Assembly: GCA_046703945.1 (NCBI GenBank)
Contig: JBJKSN010000038.1
Coordinates: forward strand, 1 to 40,664
DNA length: 40,664 nt
Direction: 5' to 3'
Origin: Nitrososphaerales archaeon
Lineage (GTDB): Archaea > Thermoproteota > Nitrososphaeria > Nitrososphaerales > Gagatemarchaeaceae
The first letter of the stretch is position 1; each line of letters starts with the position of its first letter. Positions 26,768 through 35,271 of the stretch are shown one piece after another. The position numbers and the translations under genes are program-made. The notes below the pieces were generated by a model. It was not told where the DNA came from, ran no database searches, and saw only the letters and a list, made by a program, of their open reading frames with translations.

Positions 26768-28927
26768 TCAGTATAGGGTAGCGAAATACTGCGGTTCCCC
26801 GGTCGTGTAAATCGCTGGATTGAAGTAGAAGCCATGTACATTGGACGTCATCACCATCAGGATGTCAGGATAGAAAGTCCAGATGTCCATGACTTCCTTG
26901 TTGGCGAGCGCCTGCATCTGCTGGGTCGCGGTCGCTACGCCGGCGGCGTTGCCAGCAGCGCTTGCGGCCTCCGCCTGGGCGTAGAGAGCACCCATCTGCT
27001 GCAGGTTCCATCCGCCTGGACCAGTGTAGATGCCTCCCGGCGAGAGGATGGGGTTCAGGAAGTCGAGCGACCACGGATAGTCGTCAAACCAACCGAAGCA
27101 GGATTCCGCCCAACCGTAGACCTGACCGGAGAAGGCTTCTGTGGTCATCTGGCCGCAGGGGAGTGGGGTCACGTTGACCGTCAACCCCATGTTGTAAGTG
27201 GAACTTACGTTGTTAATCGTACCAGCGATCTGGTTGAGGATAGCTTGGTCCACTGTGTCTCCCTCGGCATAGACCAGTGAGAATGTCTGTGGCACTGGGT
27301 GGGCGCACTGGTTGTTGCTATCCAGAGTGGTGCAGCCAAAGGTGTTGTCGAACGTCCCAGACGGCGCCGCTGTGCCGTTCTCGAATGTGAATTGGGTGAG
27401 CGGGTGTTCCATCGCGCTCAGCAGGAGTGTCTGCACCTGGGCGGGACTGTAGCTGTAACCCGGAGCGAGGGACGACGAATGCGAGCCCGTAGGGGGTATG
27501 TTCGGCGGCTCCAGCTCGTTTGCCACCTGGCCGAGGTTGTTGTTCACCTGCTGGTCAATCAGCGTCAGGTTGACCGAGTCGCCCACTGCCTGCCTGAACC
27601 TCAGGTCTGCGAAGGGCTGGAACTTGTAGTAGTTCCCAGTGAACGGATTAGTCACGTTAGTGTCCAACGGGATGAAGTAGGTAGCGTACTGGCTGTAGGG
27701 TCCATAGATGGTGACCCCGGGGATTGTTGACTGCAACTGGCCCTGGTTGAGCCAGGCGGACCTGTTGGCGACGTCGTAGATGTTGGTATTGGCGACATCG
27801 ATAATCATGGCTTGCCCCGACGCCGCTGCGTTCTTGAGGTCGATCTCCCTGGTCGTCTGGTCAGGGACGTACTTGTAGGTCACAGTCTTAATCTGAGGAT
27901 GAATCGAATTGGTAGGGCCTCCCCAGTAATTGGGATTGGCCTGGAGCACTATGGTGTTCGATGCCGTGTTGACGCTCTGTATCGTGTAAGGCCCTGTCCC
28001 TGCGAGCGACCCGCCGGTGGAGGAGTCCAGGTAGGTGGCCGCGCATCCCTTCGGCGTGGCGCCAGCGTTGCAGGTGGCAGAGTAGTCGTCAAAGTACTGG
28101 TTCATCTGCTGGGTTACATTGCCAGACAGCGACGGATAGGGCAGATGATATCCAAGGCTAGGCTGGCTCCAAAGGGCGAGGTCGTGCGCCATCACGTAGT
28201 CGGGGGCGACTATGCTGGCCCACAGGTTGCCGAACAGGTAGAGGACGGCGCCGTTTGGATGCATGATGTTGATCTGGACTGACTCGGGGCCGGTCATCTG
28301 GACGAAGTTCTCATTGAGGACTGACTTCACGTATGAGTTACCATAGGTCTGGGTGCAGGCGCAGAGAGTCGTACTCAGAGACGTGTTAAGGAGTTGCTGC
28401 ATGATCCATGAGGCCTGAGTCCCGTGCCCTATGGGCGCGCTGCCGTCCATCACCAAGAGCCTGTTGTAAGCGAAGTAGACGTCGGAGGAGTTGAGAGTCT
28501 CGCCGTCGGCGAACTTGACTCCGTTCCTCAGGTTGATGTCCACAGTGTGGCCGTTGTTACTTATGGTGTAACTCGATGCTAGCCATGGGATAGGAGCGGT
28601 GTTGGTCCCGTTGAACCAGAAGAGGTTCTCATAGACGTTCTGCTCAACCGAGGCGCCATAGATGTCGTAGGAGACCTGCGGGTCAAGGAACTGTATCGTG
28701 GAGACAGTCTCGTAGGTTATGGAGGTCGGGACCTTGCCTGAAGGGATAGTTGACTGAACCGTGGATCCTGTAGTCGTTACTCCCGAGGTCGTCGTAGTGG
28801 TGGACGATGGCGCGTGGGCCGTCGTCAGATACAGAGCAGCCCCACCACCCACAACTATGATTACGATGACGATTACCGCACTTGCTACGCGCGAAATTGC
28901 AGCACGACGAGTCTGGAAAATGCGCAA
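26768..28927 (-). CDS. ABC substrate-binding protein, family 5 (OppA/DppA/NikA type), membrane-anchored with Thr/Ser-rich linker (SBP1)
   Basis: 719 aa, TTG start. N-terminal TM anchor AVIVIVIIVVGGGAALYL, then SSTTTTTSGVTTTGSTVQST (about 28747-28816), then a family-5 SBP body. Heads the oppBCDF system 1 operon. Confidence 0.85.
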   Translation of the reverse strand: MRIFQTRRAAISRVASAVIVIVIIVVGGGAALYLTTAHAPSSTTTTTSGVTTTGSTVQSTIPSGKVPTSITYETVSTIQFLDPQVSYDIYGASVEQNVYENLFWFNGTNTAPIPWLASSYTISNNGHTVDINLRNGVKFADGETLNSSDVYFAYNRLLVMDGSAPIGHGTQASWIMQQLLNTSLSTTLCACTQTYGNSYVKSVLNENFVQMTGPESVQINIMHPNGAVLYLFGNLWASIVAPDYVMAHDLALWSQPSLGYHLPYPSLSGNVTQQMNQYFDDYSATCNAGATPKGCAATYLDSSTGGSLAGTGPYTIQSVNTASNTIVLQANPNYWGGPTNSIHPQIKTVTYKYVPDQTTREIDLKNAAASGQAMIIDVANTNIYDVANRSAWLNQGQLQSTIPGVTIYGPYSQYATYFIPLDTNVTNPFTGNYYKFQPFADLRFRQAVGDSVNLTLIDQQVNNNLGQVANELEPPNIPPTGSHSSSLAPGYSYSPAQVQTLLLSAMEHPLTQFTFENGTAAPSGTFDNTFGCTTLDSNNQCAHPVPQTFSLVYAEGDTVDQAILNQIAGTINNVSSTYNMGLTVNVTPLPCGQMTTEAFSGQVYGWAESCFGWFDDYPWSLDFLNPILSPGGIYTGPGGWNLQQMGALYAQAEAASAAGNAAGVATATQQMQALANKEVMDIWTFYPDILMVMTSNVHGFYFNPAIYTTGEPQYFATLY

Positions 28928-28953
28928 TCGGACGCTTCAATATTGCGTCTTGT

Positions 28954-28961
28954 GATTATAA
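28954..28961 (-). promoter_or_regulatory. TATA box for the SBP1 operon, overlapping the formamidase stop codon
   Basis: Minus-strand cgTTTATAATCac. The TAA stop of the upstream gene lies inside the box, which is centred about 31 nt upstream of TTG 28927. Confidence 0.4.
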
Positions 28962-29894
28962 ACGTTTGTTGGAAGACTTCGGGAAGACATCCAACGGCAT
29001 CATTGTTCCTACGACCCAGTTGGGAGAATCCACGACCTCGTGGATTCTGAGGTCAGCCGCTACACTGCAGAGGACGTAAGCTTCCTCCTTCGAGAGTCCG
29101 TAGTTCTTGGTCAGGTGGGTGATCATCCCCCTGGCTGACTCCTTGGCCGCAGTCATCAGGTCACTTGCGATTCCGGTAGTTGCATACCACCCTGCCTTAG
29201 CCTCAGGTTCGCCCTTGGTGTAGAAGTCTGGATAGATTAAGCCGGCACCCTTCTCGAGACCGAAGCGTATCTTCGCTGAGCCGGCGCACTCGATGGCACA
29301 GACACAGATCTCGCCGTCGCCCATGGCCGCGTGGATGTCTCCGGTCGAGAACAGAGCCCCCTTCGCGTGGACCGGGAGCCTCACCCTGCTCCCTGCTGTC
29401 GTGTGCCGTATGTCCATGTTCCCGCCGTGCTTCCCTGGGGGCATGACATCAAAGGAGCCCGCTTCCGCGGGCGCCACGCCGAGGACGCCGCAGAACGGCC
29501 TGACTGGAATTCTAATCCCCTTCTCGAAGCGGGCGTAATTCTCACCGTCTAGGTTCCACTTATACAGGAACGGCCTCTTGAACTCCTCCAGTAAACCCAG
29601 CCCCGGAAGTATCGCAGTCCAACCGAAGTCATCCACCTTCACATCCAATATGTCAAGAACAAGGGCGTCGCCGGGCTCAGCTCCTTCCACATAGACCGGC
29701 CCAGTCAACGGGTAGAGCTTCTCATTGTCGAGCTTTTCAAGGTCTGAGGACGTGGACTTCGCTGTCAGCTGCCAGCTGAGGACGTCGTTGGCGTCAAAGG
29801 TGACCGTGTCACCGGGTCTTACGGTCAACGCGGGCGTGTGCGACCTGTCCCACTTGTAGTGGAATGTCTCTCGTCCTATGTGATGAGAGGCCAA
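28956..29894 (-). CDS. acetamidase/formamidase-family amidohydrolase
   Basis: 312 aa, TTG start. Blocks HYKWDRSHTPALTVRPGDTVTFDANDV, GPVYVEGAEPGDALVLDILDV, GGNMDIRHTTAGSRVRLPVHAKGALFSTGDIHAAMGDGEICVCAIE, typical of the FmdA/AmdA family. Confidence 0.8.
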   Translation of the reverse strand: MASHHIGRETFHYKWDRSHTPALTVRPGDTVTFDANDVLSWQLTAKSTSSDLEKLDNEKLYPLTGPVYVEGAEPGDALVLDILDVKVDDFGWTAILPGLGLLEEFKRPFLYKWNLDGENYARFEKGIRIPVRPFCGVLGVAPAEAGSFDVMPPGKHGGNMDIRHTTAGSRVRLPVHAKGALFSTGDIHAAMGDGEICVCAIECAGSAKIRFGLEKGAGLIYPDFYTKGEPEAKAGWYATTGIASDLMTAAKESARGMITHLTKNYGLSKEEAYVLCSVAADLRIHEVVDSPNWVVGTMMPLDVFPKSSNKRL

Positions 29895-29998
29895 CGTTCG
29901 CCGTTTCGGGCATGATGGTCTTAAGGATTGAATCAGATATGGAGACAGATGGCCCGGAGACGGTCATCTGACCAGGCCGCACTGAAGGTTCGGCTACG

Positions 29999-30325
29999 TT
30001 ACTGTGGGCGTAGGTATCGGCGCTTCATCTCGTCCGTGAACTCTAAGACCATCCTGTCGAGGAAAGCGACGAACGCCTCATCGGATGCCATTACCTGATA
30101 CTTGTTGGCGTCTATCTCCGCTTTGGCCCGCACCATGAAAGGATCCGACTTGAGTTTGTCGGACTTGTCGTAGACTTCAGCCAGTCTGCTAATCGCCTCA
30201 ATCAGCCTCAGCGGGCCATACATCTTCGGCTCGTGGACGCATCCTCTCGCCGCAGTGATCAGGAACACGGAAAGGTCGAAGATGTGCGCCTCGGCTCCTC
30301 CGTCTTGGGTAGCTTCTTCAGACAT
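29999..30325 (-). CDS. small helical protein of unknown function (resembles DUF6092-type proteins, from memory)
   Basis: Start at ATG 30325 (MSEEATQDGG...), an 8-nt overlap with the nitroreductase 3' end. 108 aa. The segment FLITAARGCVHEPKMYGPLRLIEAISRL resembles the ..SARGL.DEP..YGP.RLL.. core I recall for DUF6092. This is unverified. Confidence 0.55.
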   Translation of the reverse strand: MSEEATQDGGAEAHIFDLSVFLITAARGCVHEPKMYGPLRLIEAISRLAEVYDKSDKLKSDPFMVRAKAEIDANKYQVMASDEAFVAFLDRMVLEFTDEMKRRYLRPQ

Positions 30326-30905
30326 GCTGCTTCTCCTCCGCCGCCTTCCACGGCTCTCCGAATTTATCCAGATAGGTCTTCTTCCCAGACTTCTTCTTCT
30401 TGAGTGGACGGGGCGCATCCCTGGCGGGGTAGCCCACGGAGACCAGCAGTTCTGTCCTGCAGTGGGCGGGTAACTCCAGCAACCTGCTCACCGCCGCCTC
30501 GGAATACGATTTCACGAATGAACCGGCCAGCCCTATCGAGTACGCAGCTAGAATGACGTTCTCCGCGGCGGCTCCGGCGTCATACTTGGTGATCTCATCG
30601 ATCACCGTCCTACCGCTCTTCCTCGCCTCGTCCATGTCTGTACAGATGAATATTGCCGCCTTGCACTCCCCCAGGAAGCCCGGTCCGACGAGACGAACCA
30701 TCTTCAGGACGGTGGGATTTTTCACCACTAGCACGAAGCGGTAGGTGGCGTTTCCCGCCGTCGGCGCCCTGTGCGCCGCCCTGACCAGCACGTCCAGGAG
30801 CTCGTCGGGGACTGGCCTCGGGTCGAACTGCCTGCATGCATACCGCTTTCGGAGGATCTCGAAGAATGTACCTTGTACGGCCTTTACATCCAGTTCGCTC
30901 CCCAT
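30318..30905 (-). CDS. nitroreductase-family flavoprotein with Lys-rich C-terminal tail
   Basis: Block RYACRQFDPRPVPDELLDVLVRAAHRAPTAGNATYRFVLV. ATG 30905 is preferred over TTG 30920 because the TATA box is centred about 27 nt upstream of 30905. C-terminal tail PLKKKKSGKKTYLDKFGEPWKAAEEKQHV. Confidence 0.8.
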   Translation of the reverse strand: MGSELDVKAVQGTFFEILRKRYACRQFDPRPVPDELLDVLVRAAHRAPTAGNATYRFVLVVKNPTVLKMVRLVGPGFLGECKAAIFICTDMDEARKSGRTVIDEITKYDAGAAAENVILAAYSIGLAGSFVKSYSEAAVSRLLELPAHCRTELLVSVGYPARDAPRPLKKKKSGKKTYLDKFGEPWKAAEEKQHV

Positions 30906-30927
30906 GGAGGTTCGAACCAAGGCGGCG

Positions 30928-30935
30928 TTTTATAG
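30928..30935 (-). promoter_or_regulatory. TATA box for the nitroreductase sub-operon
   Basis: Minus-strand ggCTATAAAAcg, centred about 27 nt upstream of ATG 30905. Confidence 0.4.
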
Positions 30936-30990
30936 CCTTTGAAGCCTTAGACCGAACTCAAAACTGATTTGGGGCTGAAGCCGCAAGAGT

Positions 30991-31010
30991 TCGCCTGGCG
31001 GCCAGGTCGA
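30991..31010 (-). terminator. GC-rich hairpin directly after the SBP2 stop
   Basis: TCGCCTGGC / GCCAGG(T)CGA, an imperfect palindrome at 30991-31010, 7 nt downstream of the SBP2 stop at 31017. Minus-strand GTTTTG follows about 30 nt later. Confidence 0.3.
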
Positions 31011-31016
31011 GCCTAG

Positions 31017-32840
31017 TTACAGACGTGGAATGTACTGGACGGCCGAGTCTGGCGCCAGCGCTAGACCAGACCTCGCGTCGATGGTAGGGACAGAGAAAGC
31101 AGGGGCGGCACTGGCCGATATGTTGGCAGCGTTGGAGTAGTAGAAGGCGTTGTAGTCGAAGCTCATCCCATCATAGAAGGTGTAGCCTTTCACCGTCGGC
31201 GCGAAGGTGACGTAGTAGGGCTGGTTGAAGACGAAGACCTCTGGAGCCAGGCTGACGATGTCATTCTGTAGCTGATAGAATATCGCCTGCCTCTGAGCGG
31301 GGTTGGTGGTAGCCCTTTCCTGAGCAATCAGGTTGTTGATGGTGGCATTGTTGAGCCATGACATCGACTCCCATGTGCCGCTGGCGGAACTCGAGTAAAT
31401 CGGATAGAAGTACGAGTCTGTGTCAGGATATAGCGGGTCATAGTAAATCTCCGAAATCTGGGGGGTGGTCGTGTTGCGGGCTGCCAGCTGGGTTATCGTC
31501 TGGAACGTCTGCGTGGCCAGGTTGACCTTTATGCCTAGGACGCTCTCCATGTTCGACTGGAAGAGTTCTGCGATCTGCTGCTCAGGTATGTTTCCGGTAA
31601 CGTATGTCAGGGTGATTGTGGTAGTCGACGGGTTGATGCCTGAGGCCTTGAGCATGGCCACCGCCTGGGTGGGGTTGTACGTGTACTGGAACACGTTGGG
31701 GTCATGGTACTGGTACGTGTTGGCTACCGGTCCCTGTGATTGGACGGCGCCGGGGAGAATCGTGGGGATGGCGGTGTAGTTGAACGCATACGAGACAGCC
31801 TTCCTGAAGTCAAGGTTGCCAAAAGCGCAACCGCACTGGGTGTTCATCACTAGACTGAAGGTGTTAGGGGATGCGAAGGTGTCCCAGGTCCAGCCCATCT
31901 GCTGGAGAGCCTGATAGGTCGGAACCGCCAGGAATGTCCCGGCCCAGTTCAGCTGGCCAGACCTTGCCAGTGACTGTACTGTCGAATCCGAGTCGATGTA
32001 CAGGTAGTTCACATTGTTGTAGGGGCTAGAGTTGCTTGCCCATCCCTTCCAGTAACTCGTGTACCGGGTAAGGGAGAGCTCGGCCCCCTGCTGCCAGTTC
32101 TTGAGCATGTATGGCCCGGAACCCGCGTCATGCGAGGTGAGCCAGGCGAGCCCCCAGTCTCCCATCGGGCTGCTGGCCGAGACGTTGGCCAAGTGTTGCG
32201 TCACCAGGTTCTGATCCACGATGAAGAAGAGCGAGAGCGAGCCGAGGAAAGGCGCGTAGACTTGGTTCAGCTTGAATTGGACTGCGGTCGCGTTCAGTGC
32301 CGTCACCCCAGACGGGCTAAGGACCGGAGTCCAGAGGCTGGAGAAGCCTTGCCCTATGGCGAGCTCTCTCTGCATCGAGAAGACTACGTCGCTCGCGTTC
32401 ATCACGTCGCCGTTGTGGAAGTGTATGCCGCTGTGCATGTCAAAAGTGTAGGTCAACCCGTTGGTCGCGATGGTCCAAGCTGTAGCCACGTTCGGCTGTA
32501 TGGCACCGTTGGGTGCCTGGGTGAGGAAGTTGTCATACATGTTGATGTTGGCAGCGAACTGCGTGTAGTCGTTGCCGGCTGCCGGATCCAGCGTCCCGAA
32601 CGGCTGGGCAACCTCTGCGTTGAGGGTCGAGTTGCCAGAAGTGGACGAGGTCGTGTATAGGCTGGTGGCAGTGGTGGAAGTCGTGGATGAAGAACTCACA
32701 CTAGTGGTGGTAGTCTTACCACCTGTGGTTGTTACAAAGTACACCCCGATACCAGCGACGATGATTATTACGACGATGACTACACCGATTACAGCGTTAG
32801 AAATCCCCGGCCTCTTGTAGTGGGAAACCTGCACCGGCAC
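31017..32840 (-). CDS. ABC substrate-binding protein, family 5, membrane-anchored with Thr/Ser-rich linker (SBP2)
   Basis: 607 aa, GTG start. TM anchor AVIGVVIVVIIIVAGIGVYF followed by TTTGGKTTTTSVSSSSTTSTTATSLYTTSSTSGNST (about 32625-32732), then a family-5 SBP body. Confidence 0.85.
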   Translation of the reverse strand: MPVQVSHYKRPGISNAVIGVVIVVIIIVAGIGVYFVTTTGGKTTTTSVSSSSTTSTTATSLYTTSSTSGNSTLNAEVAQPFGTLDPAAGNDYTQFAANINMYDNFLTQAPNGAIQPNVATAWTIATNGLTYTFDMHSGIHFHNGDVMNASDVVFSMQRELAIGQGFSSLWTPVLSPSGVTALNATAVQFKLNQVYAPFLGSLSLFFIVDQNLVTQHLANVSASSPMGDWGLAWLTSHDAGSGPYMLKNWQQGAELSLTRYTSYWKGWASNSSPYNNVNYLYIDSDSTVQSLARSGQLNWAGTFLAVPTYQALQQMGWTWDTFASPNTFSLVMNTQCGCAFGNLDFRKAVSYAFNYTAIPTILPGAVQSQGPVANTYQYHDPNVFQYTYNPTQAVAMLKASGINPSTTTITLTYVTGNIPEQQIAELFQSNMESVLGIKVNLATQTFQTITQLAARNTTTPQISEIYYDPLYPDTDSYFYPIYSSSASGTWESMSWLNNATINNLIAQERATTNPAQRQAIFYQLQNDIVSLAPEVFVFNQPYYVTFAPTVKGYTFYDGMSFDYNAFYYSNAANISASAAPAFSVPTIDARSGLALAPDSAVQYIPRL

Positions 32841-32934
32841 AGTAAATGCGAATCAGGAATTTAAACATTAGCTTTTGTTTCGGTCATTTTCTACTTAAAT
32901 CCGTCAAGTCTGCCAAATCAGTAAATCGCTGCCG
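32841..32934. promoter_or_regulatory. AT-rich divergent promoter region (SBP2 <-> DUF917 paralog 1)
   Basis: Minus-sense gTTTAAATtc (plus coordinates about 32859-32866) lies about 22-26 nt from GTG 32840. Plus-sense CTTAAAT (32894-32900) lies upstream of ATG 32935. Confidence 0.4.
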
Positions 32935-34032
32935 ATGGGTTTAACGTCCCCAGAGACAGCGCCAAGAACGATGCTTTTCGGTCTCGATGACATCGAGCCG
33001 CTGGCTGTGGGGAGCGCTGTACTGGGGTCTGGGGGCGGAGGAAACCCGTACGTCGGCGCGCTCCTTCTCCGGAGCTCCATGGAGGCGAAAGGGGTGGACA
33101 AAATCAGCGTCACACCATTCGACCAGATTGACGAGTCCGATTTCCTCATCTGTTCGGCGGGGATGGGCTCTCCTGCCATAGGCATCGAAAAGCTGCCCAC
33201 CTACACGGATCATCTGCGCGCGTTCAGGGGGCTGGAGTCGTTTGTCGGGAAGAGGGCCACGCTGGTCTCCCCGATAGAGATAGGAGGGATCAATTCTCTG
33301 GTCCCGCTGGTGGTGGCCAGCCAGACGGGGCTCCCCGTGGCCGACGGAGACGGCGAGGGGCGCGCGTTCCCCGAACTGCAGATGACCACTCTGACTGGGT
33401 ACGGACTCACCGCGTCTCCGGTCTGCCTGGCAGAGGAGCGCGGCAACACCCTGATAATCAACGGCATCTCAGACATCTGGGTCGAGCGTCTCGCGCGAGC
33501 CGCCACGGTGACCTTTGGGGGGAGGGCCTACGTGGCAATATATCCACTGGAGGGGCGCGACTACATGAAGGGAGCCATCCCAGGCTCTCTGAGCCATGCC
33601 ATCAACATTGGCAGGTCTCTGCTGGAGGGCATCCAGCATAAGGACGCAGAAGACGCGCTCGTAAAGTCGTGCAACGCCAGACTGATCTTCACCGGGAAGG
33701 TCGTAGACGTGAAGCGCTACAACACCAGGGGGTTCGCAGTGGGCTACACAAAAGTCGAAGGGTTGGACGACTCAGCCCATGACGCAATGAAGGTATCGTT
33801 CCAGAACGAGTATCTGCTGGCTGAGACAGGCGACGCCCAAGGCGAACGACGCCGGCTGGCGGTCACCCCGGATATCATATCCATCCATGACATGGAGACG
33901 CTCCTACCCATAACCACAGATTCGCTCAGGTACGGGCAGAGGTGCAAGATATTTTCCATCCCCGTGAGCAGGAAGTGGGAATTTCCCGGGGCCCAGGACC
34001 TGGTGGGCCTCAAGGCGTTCAAGCTCGAGTGA
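32935..34032 (+). CDS. DUF917-family protein, paralog 1
   Basis: 365 aa (alternative start ATG 32971, which aligns with the N-terminus of paralog 2). Shared blocks with paralog 2: LGSGGGGNP, SPIEIGGINS, DGDGEGRAFPELQMTT, YPLEG, RYG. Confidence 0.8.
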   Translation: MGLTSPETAPRTMLFGLDDIEPLAVGSAVLGSGGGGNPYVGALLLRSSMEAKGVDKISVTPFDQIDESDFLICSAGMGSPAIGIEKLPTYTDHLRAFRGLESFVGKRATLVSPIEIGGINSLVPLVVASQTGLPVADGDGEGRAFPELQMTTLTGYGLTASPVCLAEERGNTLIINGISDIWVERLARAATVTFGGRAYVAIYPLEGRDYMKGAIPGSLSHAINIGRSLLEGIQHKDAEDALVKSCNARLIFTGKVVDVKRYNTRGFAVGYTKVEGLDDSAHDAMKVSFQNEYLLAETGDAQGERRRLAVTPDIISIHDMETLLPITTDSLRYGQRCKIFSIPVSRKWEFPGAQDLVGLKAFKLE

Positions 34033-34036
34033 GCCG

Positions 34037-34222
34037 TCACTTCATTCGGTAGAGCGCCCAGAACTCCGCTATACTGGCAACCCCGATGACGGCCGCCATG
34101 GGGACTACGTAGGCGAACCCGAACATTCCTAACGCCTGGAAGGCGGACGGGATGCCCAGCAAATCGAAGAGGAGGAAGGCGACAGTGAGCCCCATCTTCA
34201 GCGCGTAGTGTCCGAACCCCAC
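34037..34222 (-). CDS. small hydrophobic protein, two predicted TM helices
   Basis: 61 aa (GTG 34222, or ATG 9 codons in): LTVAFLLFDLLGIPSAFQALGMFGFAYVVPMAAVIGVASIAEFWALY. A strongly hydrophobic ORF is unusual for a chance frame in GC-rich DNA. It is the last ORF on the strand of ABC system 2. Confidence 0.4.
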   Translation of the reverse strand: MGFGHYALKMGLTVAFLLFDLLGIPSAFQALGMFGFAYVVPMAAVIGVASIAEFWALYRMK

Positions 34223-34317
34223 TGATGACTCGGCGACGAGCCTCTCGCGTCGCTTTGCTACATAGCGCTTCAGCGCTCCCTCGACCCCCCTGTCCTTGTC
34301 CGCCGTCTACATCGCCC

Positions 34318-35271
34318 TCATGCGAAGTGGCACGCTACCCAATGTTCCTTCCCCTTATCTATAAACTGAGGATAAGTGTCGCAGACATCCTTCCTGAGCC
34401 AGCACCTGTCTCTGAAGACGCACCCCCCATGCCCGTTGACGGGCATTGTTGGGACCTCCTCAGGTACGTCAACGGGTTTCGCCCGCGTTTCGGAGTCGCT
34501 GACGACGGGCACAGAAGAGAGAAGAAGCCTCGTGTAGGGGTGCAGAGGATTCCTGAATATCTCGCTCGTTTCCCCCATCTCGCACATCTTCCCCTTGTAG
34601 ACCACCAGTGTCCTGTCGCAGAAGTTCGCGACCAGGCTCAGGTCGTGCGAGATGAACACGTACGTTATCTTCAGCCTCGCCCTCAGGTCCTTCAGAAGGG
34701 CGATTATCTTAGCCTGGACGGAGACATCAAGGGCTGAAGTCGGCTCGTCCAGAATCAGGACGTCGGGGCTCAGGGCCAGGGCGCGTGCGATTGCCACGCG
34801 TTGCTTTTCGCCGCCGCTCAGCGTGTGCGGATACCTATAGAGGTAGCTGTCGTCGAGGTTCACCAGCTTCAGAAGACCACTGACCTTGTCCGCGGACGTC
34901 TGGTGGTAGATTTTGAGCGGGGCTTCGACCAGATCCTTCACCTTCTGCCGTGGATTCAGAGACGACGTGGGGTCCTGGAAGACAGTCTGCACCTTCCTCC
35001 TGTAGTCCCTGACCTGGGCGTCCTTGAACCTCGATATGTCCTCCCCCTCGAAGAGTATCCGGCCCGCGTCTGGGCGATAGACCAGGAGCATCATCTTTGC
35101 TATCGTGGTCTTCCCCGACCCGGTCTCGCCTATGATCCCGAACGTCTCGCCGGGACGGACGCCGAAGCTCACGCCGCTCACCGCTTGTATCTCGGCCCTG
35201 GTGCTCCTCACTAGCCCGCTCTTGACTTCGAAGGTCTTCGTCACCCCTTCGAGGCTGTATATGTCTGTCAG
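34318..35271 (-). CDS. Opp/Dpp-type ABC ATP-binding protein (OppF-like), system 2 (start inferred at CTG 35271)
   Basis: Walker A GETGSGKTT, signature LSGGEKQRV, Walker B ILDEPTSALD. The expected N-terminus (M)TDIYSLEGVTKTFEV begins at a CTG overlapping the upstream TGA (CTGA at 35268-35271). The only upstream canonical start (ATG 35379) would overlap oppD2 by 112 nt. Confidence 0.85.
   Translation of the reverse strand: MTDIYSLEGVTKTFEVKSGLVRSTRAEIQAVSGVSFGVRPGETFGIIGETGSGKTTIAKMMLLVYRPDAGRILFEGEDISRFKDAQVRDYRRKVQTVFQDPTSSLNPRQKVKDLVEAPLKIYHQTSADKVSGLLKLVNLDDSYLYRYPHTLSGGEKQRVAIARALALSPDVLILDEPTSALDVSVQAKIIALLKDLRARLKITYVFISHDLSLVANFCDRTLVVYKGKMCEMGETSEIFRNPLHPYTRLLLSSVPVVSDSETRAKPVDVPEEVPTMPVNGHGGCVFRDRCWLRKDVCDTYPQFIDKGKEHWVACHFA

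Noticed and set aside
28747-28816. Low-complexity ACC/ACG/AGT-rich DNA here and at 32625..32732, which could be mistaken for tandem repeats.
   Set aside because: These are in-frame Thr/Ser-rich linkers following the N-terminal membrane anchors of the two binding proteins. They are not repeat arrays or CRISPR.
29946-29970. CAGATG...CATCTG inverted repeat between the small helical protein gene and the formamidase gene.
   Set aside because: It is a 6-bp stem with a 13-nt loop, a weak structure with no T-tract. It is not distinguishable from chance.
30906-30920. GGTTCGAACC, reminiscent of a tRNA T-loop (GGTTCGAATCC).
   Set aside because: There is no acceptor, D or anticodon arm around it. It lies between the nitroreductase start and its TATA box, and it is simply a 10-nt palindrome.
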